23,161 bases of DNA from Bacteriovoracaceae bacterium (GTDB lineage Bacteria > Bdellovibrionota > Bacteriovoracia > Bacteriovoracales > Bacteriovoracaceae): positions 1 through 23,161 of the forward strand of contig JBMYPC010000044.1 of the NCBI GenBank assembly GCA_049599895.1. Reading direction: 5' to 3'. The position numbers and the translations under genes were made by a program. Shown here one piece after another: positions 1-8,017 of the stretch (position 1 is the first letter of the stretch; every line of letters starts with the position of its first letter). Below the pieces are notes generated by a model. It ran no database searches. It was not told the origin of the DNA and worked only from the letters and a program-made list of their open reading frames with translations.

Positions 1-52
1 GGTCATATCTCTAGTTTTTTTCATTAACGCAATCACTGAAAGTGTCTGGCAC

Positions 53-883
53 TTAAAAGCAGAGACTTAAGTCTAAACCAACATAATAGCTTGCAGCCTC
101 AGGTCTAAAGAAAAGGTATTCAACCTCTGTTCCCTGTCTCTGAGCTTCAGATTTTTGATAACCGACTCTCACTCCCATATTTTTAGAGATACTATAGGAA
201 CTATAAAGATCGACAACGTAGGAACCTGCGGTTTGGTTATTATCAGAAACATCCTTTTCACTTCTCTCTTCCCAATCAAGCCTTAAAACATATGATGCTC
301 CAAAGCTTAACTTATCAGTGGCGCTATAACTTGCGGCGAAGATACCACCAATACCATAGCGCTTATTTTTTCTTTGAGAATCTGGAGAAAATTTAAACTC
401 ATTAAAATAATAAGCAGCGAGAGGAATAAAAGTCAGTCTCACTTCTTTGTCTTTACCTAGAGAAGTTCCCATATAGAGTCTTCCTTCATAACGAGTAATT
501 CTTCCGTTATCTTTTGATGCATCAGAAAAAGGCAGAGTCATCGTCGATCGGTAAGTAAAGTTCTTATTAAAAGTGTAGTAATGAAAGAGGTATGTATCGG
601 TCGCTTGGACTTTGTCTTCTCCCGCTTCGACTTCACTTGGAAAGATCGCATACTGCAAGGCCTTAAGTTTTTGTTTATCATTTAACTTATAAGTAAAGTC
701 AAAGGCGACATCTGTAGAATAGCTTGCTTCTTTTTTCACAGGGAAGCCTCTATCAATGGACATCGCTGCAGAATAAGCTTTTGGCTTTTCTTTTTTAGCA
801 GTAGCAGTACTTGTGGAGGCGTGTGCCATCCACAAGTTATTTAAGCTTGAGAAAATTAGAAGTACTAGAAATCGACGAAGCAT
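53..883 (-). CDS. Exported hypothetical protein, probable small outer-membrane beta-barrel (~276 aa)
   Basis: ORF 53..898. The ATG at 883 follows GAGGGGAGAGG (SD). Signal peptide MLRRFLVLLIFSSLNNLWMAHA. Many alternating aromatic/hydrophobic strands (VAFDFTYKL, FAASYSAT, LSFGASYVLRL, MGVRVGYQK) and a C-terminal YYVGLDLSLCF ending in Phe, like a BAM beta-signal. Confidence 0.7.
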   Translation of the reverse strand: MLRRFLVLLIFSSLNNLWMAHASTSTATAKKEKPKAYSAAMSIDRGFPVKKEASYSTDVAFDFTYKLNDKQKLKALQYAIFPSEVEAGEDKVQATDTYLFHYYTFNKNFTYRSTMTLPFSDASKDNGRITRYEGRLYMGTSLGKDKEVRLTFIPLAAYYFNEFKFSPDSQRKNKRYGIGGIFAASYSATDKLSFGASYVLRLDWEERSEKDVSDNNQTAGSYVVDLYSSYSISKNMGVRVGYQKSEAQRQGTEVEYLFFRPEAASYYVGLDLSLCF

Positions 884-903
884 AACCTCTCCCCTCACTA
901 TGA

Positions 904-3837
904 TTAGTCGTTGTTTCTTTGATAGATTCTGTAAAGTTCAACAAAGTCTTTGATACTACTGATGATATTACCATCATCAAGATCACTTGAGATATCTGAT
1001 AGAGCGGCATAGGCGTACTCACTCTCAGAGTTTTTGATCATGTAATAGCTCCCCTCAAAGAAGACATAACCAATCTCATCACCAATTGAATAATCAAGAT
1101 CAAGAGACTGAGTAAGCTTGTGAGACTTAACAACTCTCTCACCGTTAGTCACATCAATACCAAAGAGATCTCTAAAGTCCATTGGTGAGAACTTTCTGAT
1201 TTTAAGTTTATCAAGTAGGCCCTTAGTATCTTCGTTATAAGCGTTACTTGCGTTATTGGCGTAAATTGATCTTACAAACCCAAGAAACCAGATATCCATA
1301 TCAACTCGGCTAACAACATTGTTCTGCATGGCCTTATCAACAAAGTTCTTAAGTTCGACTTCATCGCCATAGGCCATATAAGAAGCGTAGCTCATCTGGG
1401 CACTTGGGTTATAAGCAAACGAATCATCACCTAACATAAAGATTGCCGCGTAAACTTTGTCATCAATGATACCAATCTGCTCGACAGCACCAGGTCTATC
1501 AGAGAAGACTGTTCTCCAAGGTCTTTCAGCTGATGATTGCTGAAGTACAGCGTTGTAAAAAGCCAGAGAAAGTTTAATCGCTTCAAAGAACTCTGCTCTA
1601 ATCTCTGTTTTAATCTCAGTCTTTCTCTCTTCTGAAAGAGACTTGTCGCTTAGGTACTTATCAATGTGGTGATCAGCATAAACAGATCTCCAAAAGATAA
1701 GGAATCTTTTGATGTCGTACATCGTTCTAAAGATTCTTCCTGTGTAAGAGCGAGTGTCCCAGAAAGCTCTGTTAAAACGAAAGTTTCTTCTTGAGAATGT
1801 TCTTTCGTAGTTTTCAATGATGTTCATCACGATTTGAGTTGGAGTTGTTCCGTGATCCCAAGTGTTACACATAGCATTTAGTACTCTATGCTCATCAGTA
1901 CAGAACATAAATTTCTTTTCACTGATGATGTCACCATTTGAATAAGCATAAAGAAGAGCCGCTTTATCGTAATCACCCCAATCATGATTCGCGTGAACTT
2001 CATCCATCAGTCCCATGTAATCCATAACTGAAGACGTTCTTCCTGGACGCTCTTTAATGACTGTTCCACCATTTTCACTTGGCTCTTCAGTAACAACCGA
2101 CTTGATATTTTCCTTATCGATTGATCCATAGAAGTTATGTCTTAAGTTGAGCGTATGTCCAAGTTCATGAATCGAAGTGGTATAAATCGATGTATAAATG
2201 ATATCTTCGATATCTTTCCCATCGATGACTGACTTAGTTGCTGCACTTACAGCATCCTCAACACTTGTCTGGCAATGTCCTTTAATCCCTCTTTGTTGAA
2301 TGAGCTCTTGAAGCTTCATCCCGTGCTTAATGTCGTCAGTCATTCTTGTTAACTCATTTGAGTCTTCAAGCTCTTCAAAGTGTCTAATCTCTTGTGCTTT
2401 CTTAAGATACTTCTTAAGCATTTTGTCTTGAGTGAAGTTAGACTGAGGTGCTTTATATGTGAACGGGTTCCAAACAGGATATCCAAAAGTCTTTTCTCTC
2501 AACATGTTCTGAAAAACAGACTGAGTCGTATATTTTTCACCTTTAGTATGAGAAAGCTCTCTTTTCCATGTTGAGGGTTCATTATTTCCAAGGAAGTCCT
2601 TCATTTTAGTAAAGAGTGTGCTCTCATAGATCTCATTATTGTTTTTGTACTCTTCTCTGATTAACTCAATGTAAAAACGAAAAGCATAGGTCCAAACATG
2701 GATGTTTCCAGAGATAAGCTCACCTGTAAATGGGTTCGAATCACTTGGCCCATACCCTAAAGGAGCAGATGAATCATTTTCCTCAACAACATTGATAAAT
2801 GAATAACGAAGATCTCCTAACTCTTTAACTTTCCCGTTGCCATAAGTATTTTCTCTTGCATGAAATCTTACTTTTAAGCCCGCATCAGCAAAGACCTTGT
2901 TAGTTTTCTTAAAGATGTCGTGAAACATTTCTTTATATTTTTGTGGAAAGTTTTTTGTGAAGTAGTAATTATGCTCTTTTCGAGGATCCCACTTATTCAT
3001 GAGAATTTCATTTTCTCTTCTGTGAGTCTCTTTATTAAGATATCCATGATAAGTTTTGAAAAAACCAAAGTGCTTATCAAGAGGATCATTTTCTGCATAT
3101 CTTGTCTTCGGAAAGCCTGGGTTCTTTTCAAGTTTTCTAAATGAGTAGCGATATTGGACTGTATAAGTCATATCCCCATCCATATATCTTCTTAATGAAT
3201 CAACGCAGTTTCTGCTGATTTGATAGTCAACGTTGACAACCCAAGACTTATAATGAGCTTCATTTTGAACACTATCGTTAACGACATGAGAAGCAAGTTT
3301 TGAATAACATGATGACGGTTGAAATTCAGCAACCGCAGCATTGTCAAAGCTGATTCGAACAAATCTTTTTTGATGCCAAAGTTTGTCCCCATCTTCAACT
3401 TCTCTATTTTGAACCTTTCCACCAGATTCAGAGAGTTTGTAATCAACGTAACTAACATCCCATTGGTTATGGATTCTTTCACTCGTGCTTGGCCCAATAT
3501 GAAGCTCTGAAGCAGAGACAAACTTTAATTTCTTCTCAGTGAACTTAAAGTATCCTGGTTTTGCGTCTGATTGAAGGCCAACAAAACCAAATCCACCATT
3601 TCCAGAGTTCTTTACAACAGTTACTTTATAAAGCCAGATATTGGAAAGGTCCTGCCCTGAAGCAGTCTTTAACATGACATGCTTTTTCGATTTCGTTTTA
3701 AACGATTTAATCTCGATATCATTAGTCTTTTTTGCTAGAGAAATCTCCTCCTTTGGAAGTTCTTTTGCACAAGAAGCTAAGAGACCTAGGCTTAAAACTA
3801 CTTTAAATGTTTTACTTACTATATTATTTGCTCTCAT
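904..3837 (-). CDS. Large lipoprotein zinc-dependent metalloprotease (metzincin; DUF4953/DUF5117/EcxA-like), 977 aa
   Basis: Lipobox LGLLAS-C. Zinc motif HELGHTLNLRH (2137..2169), Met-turn SSVMDY (2017..2034), and family-like segments GDLRYSFIN, LGYGPSDSNPFTGE and FCTD. SD GAGG precedes the ATG, which overlaps the upstream stop (TAATG). The family name is from motif recall. Confidence 0.85.
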   Translation of the reverse strand: MRANNIVSKTFKVVLSLGLLASCAKELPKEEISLAKKTNDIEIKSFKTKSKKHVMLKTASGQDLSNIWLYKVTVVKNSGNGGFGFVGLQSDAKPGYFKFTEKKLKFVSASELHIGPSTSERIHNQWDVSYVDYKLSESGGKVQNREVEDGDKLWHQKRFVRISFDNAAVAEFQPSSCYSKLASHVVNDSVQNEAHYKSWVVNVDYQISRNCVDSLRRYMDGDMTYTVQYRYSFRKLEKNPGFPKTRYAENDPLDKHFGFFKTYHGYLNKETHRRENEILMNKWDPRKEHNYYFTKNFPQKYKEMFHDIFKKTNKVFADAGLKVRFHARENTYGNGKVKELGDLRYSFINVVEENDSSAPLGYGPSDSNPFTGELISGNIHVWTYAFRFYIELIREEYKNNNEIYESTLFTKMKDFLGNNEPSTWKRELSHTKGEKYTTQSVFQNMLREKTFGYPVWNPFTYKAPQSNFTQDKMLKKYLKKAQEIRHFEELEDSNELTRMTDDIKHGMKLQELIQQRGIKGHCQTSVEDAVSAATKSVIDGKDIEDIIYTSIYTTSIHELGHTLNLRHNFYGSIDKENIKSVVTEEPSENGGTVIKERPGRTSSVMDYMGLMDEVHANHDWGDYDKAALLYAYSNGDIISEKKFMFCTDEHRVLNAMCNTWDHGTTPTQIVMNIIENYERTFSRRNFRFNRAFWDTRSYTGRIFRTMYDIKRFLIFWRSVYADHHIDKYLSDKSLSEERKTEIKTEIRAEFFEAIKLSLAFYNAVLQQSSAERPWRTVFSDRPGAVEQIGIIDDKVYAAIFMLGDDSFAYNPSAQMSYASYMAYGDEVELKNFVDKAMQNNVVSRVDMDIWFLGFVRSIYANNASNAYNEDTKGLLDKLKIRKFSPMDFRDLFGIDVTNGERVVKSHKLTQSLDLDYSIGDEIGYVFFEGSYYMIKNSESEYAYAALSDISSDLDDGNIISSIKDFVELYRIYQRNND

Positions 3838-5849
3838 TACTGCACCTCTGCCGGGTTAGAATAGATACTAATTGTTTTAAGTTCACGACTTCCAAAAAGG
3901 AGCTTTAAACGATAATCAGGAAAATAAATGGAACCGATTCTCCCTGAACCATCCCCTTTTTTGTAAACAATGACGTTACAGTCAGCGGAAAGCTTGTTTT
4001 TAACAACTTCACTCATCGCCATATCACTCATTCCTGCTTTGATAGGAGCTTCAGATGCAGAAGATCCCATATAACCACAGAGACCTTTAATTTCTCCCAT
4101 AAAAGAGTTTGTTGAAATCTCTGAAACCTTAAACCCACCGTCTGCAAGTTTTTTAAGACTTAAACCAACACCTAGATCACTGACACTTACTGATGAAACA
4201 GCGTGAGTTTCTTTTGTCAGCCCATCGTAAACACCAAACTGAAGGTCATTTTTTGAGAAGGCCACTCTTTGAGTCTCTTCTCCAAGTGTATAAGTCGCTT
4301 CTTCACGAGCATTATCAATATCAGAGATCGCCACTGCTTCACCGATATCAAATCCAGCGAAACTTGTAAGAGCAGAAGCTCCAGAGAAATCAATATCAGA
4401 AAGCATACCCGCTAAGACTTTTTTATTAATTGTCTCTTTTGTAAGCTTTCCGTAATAAAGATAACCAAATTCACTTAAAAGAGTATTAAATTGAGAGTAG
4501 ATTCCAAAACCTTTTCCCATTTGCTCATCAACGGCTTCAACACTGATTGAATAAGACTTGTCACTCTTCGTATCAAAAAGATTCTCAATTTTTGTGAGAA
4601 CTTTATAGCTTGTTTGCATTTCAATTTGAGTCTTTAAAGTCTTCACAAATGATTTTACAAAATCAATCTGATCCGCAGCCTCGAGCTTAGGCTTAAGAGT
4701 AAAAGGACTTGCACTAAGACCGTTCAAATCAGCAGTAGCTGGAACAGTACCAACTACAGTCTTTCCCGATGCAAGGTCTTTGGAAATCACAAGTTTACTT
4801 TTTCCAAGAATCACTTCATTAATCACTTCCCCATCAGCTGTTGGGATTGGGTTTGTAAAATTTGGAAGAAGATAGAAGTAATTAAGAGTTTCTTCTGCGC
4901 TTGGCTTTTTATAGTCTCTGTCAAATTGAGATTTTGAAAAACCAAGATTTACATCTTCGATATCAAGAGAGAATGAAGCTCTCTGAGTATTCATAAACCC
5001 TGTCGACTTTGTATTACTCTTAATAAATTCATAAGTTGCACCGACTTTGATTCCTTCTTTTTCAGGAATAAGAAATTCACCATTTAGGATGTCTACAGAA
5101 GTTAAGAAATCTCCTGCGTCTTGAGAGTTTGCTAAACGAATATCAGCAATAAGCTTTCTGTCCTTACTCACAAGGAAATAAGCTTTGCCGATGATAAACA
5201 GATAGTACTTTTCAAATTGCTTAATCCCACAAGCACCAGCTGCGATACAATCAAAACCGTCTTCTTTATTCTCAACTGCGCTATAGAATTTATTAACGAA
5301 AAGCTCTCCATTTGGAGAAGTGCTTGTATTGAAAAAAGCAGAGATATCAGATTGCATTCTGAGGTTTCCAATCTCACCACCAATTTTCATTTCTCCAAGA
5401 TAGTTTTTATCAAGCCACATAAAAACAGGAACCTTAGGATCTTGCTTTCTATAATAAACAGTCACACCTTCTTTATAACCACTCACCATAGTTCCACCGT
5501 TATCGACAGTGAAATCAGCGACTGAAAGAATACTCTGGGCATCTTCCATTGTGTCATCAAAACTTAATCCAGCAGCACCTACTTCGTAGATAATATCTTT
5601 TTTAGAATTATTTACTGCTTTTTCGTAATCTTTTTGAGCATCAACAGAATCATCAAAGCCTTTGGTTTTTGTATTCGGCGTAATAATTTGAAATTGATCC
5701 TTAGCTGGATTGCTACCGATTTTAAAGTTTTTGCTATTTGAAGGTCTTGCGCTATCACCACCATCAGTTGGCAATTGGCGAACACCTTTTGAACAAGAAA
5801 CCACAAGACTTAAAATCGCGAGTAGCTTAAGTAGAATTGATACTCTCAT
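3837..5849 (-). CDS. Hypothetical lipoprotein, 670 aa
   Basis: Long ORF with signal/lipobox MRVSILLKLLAILSLVVS-C and SD AAGGG. No recognisable catalytic motif. Confidence 0.8.
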   Translation of the reverse strand: MRVSILLKLLAILSLVVSCSKGVRQLPTDGGDSARPSNSKNFKIGSNPAKDQFQIITPNTKTKGFDDSVDAQKDYEKAVNNSKKDIIYEVGAAGLSFDDTMEDAQSILSVADFTVDNGGTMVSGYKEGVTVYYRKQDPKVPVFMWLDKNYLGEMKIGGEIGNLRMQSDISAFFNTSTSPNGELFVNKFYSAVENKEDGFDCIAAGACGIKQFEKYYLFIIGKAYFLVSKDRKLIADIRLANSQDAGDFLTSVDILNGEFLIPEKEGIKVGATYEFIKSNTKSTGFMNTQRASFSLDIEDVNLGFSKSQFDRDYKKPSAEETLNYFYLLPNFTNPIPTADGEVINEVILGKSKLVISKDLASGKTVVGTVPATADLNGLSASPFTLKPKLEAADQIDFVKSFVKTLKTQIEMQTSYKVLTKIENLFDTKSDKSYSISVEAVDEQMGKGFGIYSQFNTLLSEFGYLYYGKLTKETINKKVLAGMLSDIDFSGASALTSFAGFDIGEAVAISDIDNAREEATYTLGEETQRVAFSKNDLQFGVYDGLTKETHAVSSVSVSDLGVGLSLKKLADGGFKVSEISTNSFMGEIKGLCGYMGSSASEAPIKAGMSDMAMSEVVKNKLSADCNVIVYKKGDGSGRIGSIYFPDYRLKLLFGSRELKTISIYSNPAEVQ

Positions 5850-5918
5850 GTGACACCCTTATGAAATGTTTCGTGATTAAAAACTTCCTTTCCTTCCCAA
5901 GAAAAGATTTATTAAACA

Positions 5919-5947
5919 CTTATGAATGATGGAAAACTGGGTGTCTA
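5919..5947 (-). promoter_or_regulatory. Candidate sigma70 promoter for the lipoprotein-protease-barrel operon
   Basis: Minus strand TAGACA (5947..5942), 17 nt, CATAAG (5924..5919). The -35 is good but the -10 is imperfect. Confidence 0.3.
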
Positions 5948-5953
5948 TTAAGA

Positions 5954-5961
5954 GGGGGGGG
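5954..5961. repeat. G8/C8 homopolymer tract
   Basis: Eight consecutive G on the + strand in an AT-rich intergenic region. Confidence 0.9.
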
Positions 5962-6021
5962 ATGTAAGCATGTATGATAATTTGAGTAATTTACGTGGTC
6001 ATTCTGGGACTGATTGTTGCC

Positions 6022-6073
6022 AAAATGACCCTGTTTTCACAATATTTTTTCACAAAATAATGTGAAAACAGGG
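6022..6073 (-). terminator. Probable intrinsic terminator of rpsA
   Basis: 13-bp perfect inverted repeat CCCTGTTTTCACA (6029..6041) / TGTGAAAACAGGG (6061..6073), extendable by 6 bp after one mismatch. It starts 18 nt after the rpsA stop and is followed on the minus strand by TCATTTT. Confidence 0.7.
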
Positions 6074-6091
6074 CTTTGATTTTTTTAAAAA

Positions 6092-7834
6092 TTATTCGTC
6101 ACCGTCGACATTGAAACCTTTCAGTTTGTCAGCAAGTGTCGCTGTTTGAGCAACGTGGACCTTGCTTTGAGCAACAGTGGCATCTTCTGCGTTAGCAACA
6201 GCTTTAATTGAAAGAGCAATTTTCTTTGCATCTTTATCAAGAGAGATAACCATGGCCTTTGTTGTGTCACCTTTTTTGATAACGTCTTCAGGCTTTTCAA
6301 CTCTCTCTTCAGAAAGCTCAGAAATATGGATAAGACCTTCAATTCCTGTCTCTAGTTCAACGAATGCACCAAAGTCTGTCACTCTCACAACAGCGGCTTC
6401 AACGATTGTTCCAACAGGTAGTCTTTCTTCAATCTTCTTCCAAGGATCTTCTTCAAGTTGCTTAATCCCAAGACAGAATTTTGAGTTTTCAGAATCAACA
6501 GTAAGAACCATTGCTTCAATCTCATCACCGGCCTTGTACTCTTCGTTAAGGTCGACATTTTTCTTTGTCCAAGAGATATCAGAAACGTGAATAAGAGCAT
6601 CAACCTCTTCATCAAGGTCGACAAAGATACCAAAATCAACAACTGATTTTACTTTCCCTTTAACCTTAGACCCTAATGGATGTCTCTTCTCAATTTCAGT
6701 CCATGGATTAGGCAGAAGTTGTTTAATACCAAGAGAAATTCTCTTGTTTTCAACGTCTACTTCAAGAACTTGAGCTTCTACTTTTTCACCAACAGTGTAG
6801 TGCTTAACAGGGTTTTTGATATTTCCTGTCCAGCTCATTTCACTTACGTGAATAAGACCTTCGATTCCATCGTCAAGCTCAATGAATACTCCGTAATCTT
6901 TAACTGATACGATTTCACCAGCAACTTTAGTTCCAGGAACATATTGCTCACGAGCTTTTTCCCATGGGTTAGGCTGAACTTGCTTAAGTCCAAGAGAAAC
7001 TCTTTCTTTTTCTTTATCAAATTTAAGAATCTTAACTTCGATTTCATCTGCAACATTAAGAATATTACTTGGATGCTTAACTCGTCCCCAAGACATGTCA
7101 GTAATGTGAAGAAGACCGTCGATCCCACCAAGATCAATAAATGCACCGTAGTCAGTGATATTTTTAACAATACCTTTAACGATCATTCCTTCTTGGATTT
7201 GTTGTAGGATCTCGTCTCTCATCTTCCCTCTTTCCTCAGAAAGGATGGCACGACGAGAAAGAACGATGTTTCCTCTTTTCTTATTAAACTTAATAACTTT
7301 GAATTCCATTGTTTTACCAATGTACTTGTCAAGGTATCTTGTTGGTCTTAGATCAACTTGAGATCCTGGTAAGAAGGCCTTAACACCGATATCAACTGAA
7401 AGACCACCTTTAACCTTCGCAATAACTGTCCCTTCAAGAGGTTGACCTGATTCACAAGCATCAGAGATTTTATCCCATGCTTTAAGAATTTCAGCTTTGT
7501 CTTTAGAAAGAACAAGGTTCCCTAAGTGTGATTCAAGTTTCTCAAGATAAACTTCAATTTCATCACCTTGTTTTACTTTTAATGTTCCGTCGTAATTCAT
7601 GAACTCACGAGCAGGAACAAGACCTTCTTGCTTATAACCGATATCAACGGTTACATAGTCAGGTCCAATGTTTACAATTTGTCCCATGAACGTTTCACCT
7701 TCGGTGAAAGTTTTGTCCGTTTGGGTTTCAAGTGCTTTAGAAAACTCTGTTTCAACTGTCCCTTCCACATCTTGTCCGAATACGACATCGTACCCTTCCA
7801 TCCACTTCGGCTTGTTCGTTGTTGTTTCTGTCAT
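6092..7834 (-). CDS. rpsA: 30S ribosomal protein S1 (580 aa, six S1 domains)
   Basis: Repeated S1 motifs (VDIGYKQEG, AFLPGSQVD, DYGAFIDLGGIDGLLHITDMSW, GIEGLIHVSEMSW, DFGAFVELETGIEGLIHISELS). Start set at ATG 7834 after GAAGGAG rather than the TTG at 7864. Confidence 0.98.
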   Translation of the reverse strand: MTETTTNKPKWMEGYDVVFGQDVEGTVETEFSKALETQTDKTFTEGETFMGQIVNIGPDYVTVDIGYKQEGLVPAREFMNYDGTLKVKQGDEIEVYLEKLESHLGNLVLSKDKAEILKAWDKISDACESGQPLEGTVIAKVKGGLSVDIGVKAFLPGSQVDLRPTRYLDKYIGKTMEFKVIKFNKKRGNIVLSRRAILSEERGKMRDEILQQIQEGMIVKGIVKNITDYGAFIDLGGIDGLLHITDMSWGRVKHPSNILNVADEIEVKILKFDKEKERVSLGLKQVQPNPWEKAREQYVPGTKVAGEIVSVKDYGVFIELDDGIEGLIHVSEMSWTGNIKNPVKHYTVGEKVEAQVLEVDVENKRISLGIKQLLPNPWTEIEKRHPLGSKVKGKVKSVVDFGIFVDLDEEVDALIHVSDISWTKKNVDLNEEYKAGDEIEAMVLTVDSENSKFCLGIKQLEEDPWKKIEERLPVGTIVEAAVVRVTDFGAFVELETGIEGLIHISELSEERVEKPEDVIKKGDTTKAMVISLDKDAKKIALSIKAVANAEDATVAQSKVHVAQTATLADKLKGFNVDGDE

Positions 7835-7968
7835 TTGAATTTCTCCTTCAAGAAACACCCTCAAAATGAGTTATTAGTCGATATTGGAGTTTCGACTAAC
7901 AAAGTTGTTTTAAGGACCTCCTACAGTAGGTTCCTTAGAGTTAAATTATTATCTGTAGATTGCGCCGA

Positions 7969-7997
7969 AGATTACCTAAAATCCAAACCAAAGTAAA
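7969..7997 (-). promoter_or_regulatory. Candidate sigma70 promoter for rpsA
   Basis: Minus strand TTTACT (7997..7992), 17 nt, TAATCT (7974..7969), in the intergenic region upstream of rpsA. Confidence 0.45.
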
Positions 7998-8017
7998 GTC
8001 TAAGTCTCCGAAAATTA

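Noticed and set aside
1..52. Possible gene end or start at the left edge (plus-strand ...GHISSFFH-stop at 27, or minus-strand ATG at 24 or 6) and a weak CACT-GAA-AGTG stem
   Set aside because: Too little sequence to decide, and the stem is too weak to call a terminator. Whether the protease operon continues leftwards is unresolved.
837..5806. Short alternative-frame and antisense ORFs inside the protease and lipoprotein genes
   Set aside because: They are shadow ORFs of long genes, with no recognisable motifs.
6005..6024. Minus-strand TTTGGCAAC resembling a sigma54 -24 box, or the start of a c-di-GMP riboswitch
   Set aside because: There is no GC at the -12 position, and the remaining c-di-GMP-I riboswitch consensus elements are not evident.
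6121..7996. Overlapping small ORFs and internal sequence similarity within rpsA
   Set aside because: Explained by antisense shadows and the normal S1-domain repeats. The 7628..7996 ORF is antisense to the rpsA start and leader and has no protein-like features.
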